From NCBI GenBank assembly GCA_028279645.1, contig JANQNJ010000002.1, positions 1 to 58,905 of the forward strand: a stretch of 58,905 nucleotides of DNA, written 5' to 3'. The translations under genes were made by a program, and so were the position numbers. The notes below the pieces were generated by a model. That model was not told the origin of the DNA, searched no databases, and worked only from the letters and a program-made list of their open reading frames with translations. Below, one piece after another: positions 57,845 to 58,905 of the stretch; position 1 is the stretch's first letter; each line of letters starts with the position of its first letter. Origin of the DNA: Thermoplasmatota archaeon (GTDB lineage Archaea; Thermoplasmatota; JAKEGO01; JANQNJ01).

Positions 57845-58075
57845 CGCCGTCCGCGCCGTCGTCCGTAGGGAGGGGCCGAACAATATTCTAGCAGGGGCCC
57901 AAGCGTTTTCCAACCGGGGGCGTCATCGTCCGTTGGGCGGGTGCTAACCGCATTCAAGCACGGGTGAATGCGTTTTCTTGGCGCGGACGCCGTCGTCCGT
58001 TGGGCGGGTCCGGCTGAATCAAAGCAAGGGTCTAGGCATTCTCCAAGCAAGGGAGTCGGCGCCAGCGCTATTGCT
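57845..58075. repeat. copy C of the ~67-bp repeat family (about 3.3 units)
   Basis: Units begin at about 57852, 57917 and 57984: gCGCCGTCGTCCGTaGGGaGGGgCCGAACaatattctaGCAgGGGcCCAAGCgTTTTCCaaccgg / GGGCGTCaTCGTCCGTTGGGCGGGTgCtAACcgcattcaaGCAcGGGTgaAtGCgTTTTCttGGCGC / GGaCGCCGTCGTCCGTTGGGCGGGTCCGgctgaatcaaaGCAaGGGTCtAgGCaTTcTCCaagcaagg. Confidence 0.8.
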
Positions 58076-58108
58076 ATTTATTGTTGAAAAAGAAGAAACG
58101 GATAAGGC

Positions 58109-58903
58109 TCAGTACTTGAAACCGTTGCGCCGGGATCCGAGTGCGCAGAAGAGCGCGCATGACAGCGGGATACCGACGGCCAGGAGCGAGCCGTAGAAGC
58201 CGAAGCGGTAGCCCTTGATGTTCATGATCAGAAGCATGAACAGGCTCACGCTGAGTATCGTTCCGTAGATCCCGCCGGCAACGAGTCCAGCACGGACAGG
58301 CCGGGCGCTCCCGGACCTCTTCGCACCGAGCTCTCCAGCGAGGAACGGGCCGAGCATGATGACCATGATCGGACCGGCGATGGGCACGGCGACGAAGACC
58401 GTGAACAGGAGCTGAAGGATCACTGTCTTCCTGACAGCCGCGACGAAGTACTTCGCCTCGAACGGATCGTCCTCGTCGTCGCCGTAGGTCTCCGGCCTGT
58501 TGATGTCGAAGAAGTCCTTCTTCGTTCGCGCCTGCCTGCGGCGCTTCTCCGGCCTCCGTTGAGGCGGGCGGGAGGACTGCTGCTGCGGGGGGCCGCCGCG
58601 CCGGACCGGCGTTTGCGGCTGAGATGGGGGTCTCGATGAAGGAAGGTACTGGGGTTGGCCATGTGGATGGCCAGGTGAAGGAGGGGGGCTCTGGCCGGCA
58701 GGAGGGTGGTGGCCGTGGGAATGAAGGTGGGACTGCCCCGATGGAGAATGATGTTGTTCATGAGTGGGTGGGAATGACTGAGGCGTATGGCCGTGTGAGT
58801 GGGCAGCCGGGCCTTCGGCCTGCGGCTGGTCCCAGTGGCCGGACGGGGTGGGGCCCAGGCCGGGTTCGTCCTGGGCGGGGGGTTGATCGAAGTAACCGTG
58901 GGG
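58109..58903 (-). CDS. 5'-truncated membrane protein: long His/Pro/Gln/Gly-rich low-complexity region + acidic linker + three C-terminal TM helices
   Basis: The frame is open from the window edge: PHGYFDQPPAQDEPGLGPTPSGHWDQPQAEGPAAHSHGHTPQSFPPTHEQHHSPSGQSHLHSHGHHPPAGQSPPPSPGHPHGQPQYLPSS...EKRRRQARTKKDFFDINRPETYGDDEDDPFEAKYFVAAVRKTVILQLLFTVFVAVPIAG... It runs straight into the 104-aa track ORF 58109..58423, whose 'start' is only an internal GTG. Confidence 0.6.
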   Translation of the reverse strand, partial: PHGYFDQPPAQDEPGLGPTPSGHWDQPQAEGPAAHSHGHTPQSFPPTHEQHHSPSGQSHLHSHGHHPPAGQSPPPSPGHPHGQPQYLPSSRPPSQPQTPVRRGGPPQQQSSRPPQRRPEKRRRQARTKKDFFDINRPETYGDDEDDPFEAKYFVAAVRKTVILQLLFTVFVAVPIAGPIMVIMLGPFLAGELGAKRSGSARPVRAGLVAGGIYGTILSVSLFMLLIMNIKGYRFGFYGSLLAVGIPLSCALFCALGSRRNGFKY

Positions 58904-58905
58904 GC

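Noticed and set aside
58420-58761. 113-aa track ORF (MNNIILHRGSPTF...RRERRRTSSTSTGRRPTATT...)
   Set aside because: It overlaps a longer open frame that continues seamlessly into the downstream 3-TM ORF and has a coherent linker/TM architecture. This frame is Arg/Ser/Thr-rich and looks like an alternative-frame artefact.
1-58905. CRISPR arrays, IS elements/transposases, integrases, prophage or toxin-antitoxin modules, reverse transcriptases
   Set aside because: None recognised. The only tandem repeats (the 67-bp family) are degenerate and lack unique spacers. No ORF shows DDE, tyrosine/serine recombinase, Cas or RT motifs by eye. This negative result should be confirmed with HMM searches.

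Overview
GC-rich archaeal chromosomal window, densely packed with about 58 protein genes and one tRNA. Archaeal hallmarks: RNA polymerase subunit L (Rpo11), TruD/Pus7, pantoate kinase, pyruvoyl arginine decarboxylase, stand-alone GMP synthase subunit A, an intron-containing tRNA-Leu with a textbook bulge-helix-bulge motif, and two PGF-CTERM surface proteins. I saw no rRNA, CRISPR array, transposase or integrase. Most of the window is ordinary metabolism: a macro-domain/ALDH/HDAC-family operon, class-III aminotransferase, an AOR (tungstopterin) operon, ThiF/ThiS-like plus MobB genes, GlcD/GlcF-like oxidase, GGPP synthase, a radical-SAM/SPASM enzyme, and a YeeE-TusA-cysteine desulfurase-DsrE sulfur-trafficking island. 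The best candidate for an undescribed system is 35.4-43.8 kb. It holds four tandem paralogs (order A-B-B'-A') of a secreted legumain/caspase-fold (C13-like, clan CD) protein. These keep the His-Gly dyad but have Tyr or His in place of the nucleophile Cys, and carry an EF-hand loop and a fixed VYAPG[AV] C-terminus. The genes are separated by unusually long (690-795 bp) hairpin-rich non-coding spacers with GGTTATAACC palindromes. The array is flanked convergently by a wHTH-NB-ARC(GxPLAL)-TPR STAND ATPase. Other notable items are listed below.
- A 2513-aa PGF-CTERM repeat adhesin whose 3' end is overlapped by a membrane-anchored double-wHTH gene.
- A degenerate ~67-bp tandem repeat family at three intergenic loci.
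- A REC-DUF835-like-wHTH regulator facing an orphan 68-aa DHp-like gene.
- An AOR operon that includes exported and membrane subunits.
- An ORF at the right edge, missed by the ORF track, with a His/Pro/Gln-rich region.
All functional calls rest on motif recognition by eye. No database search was run.
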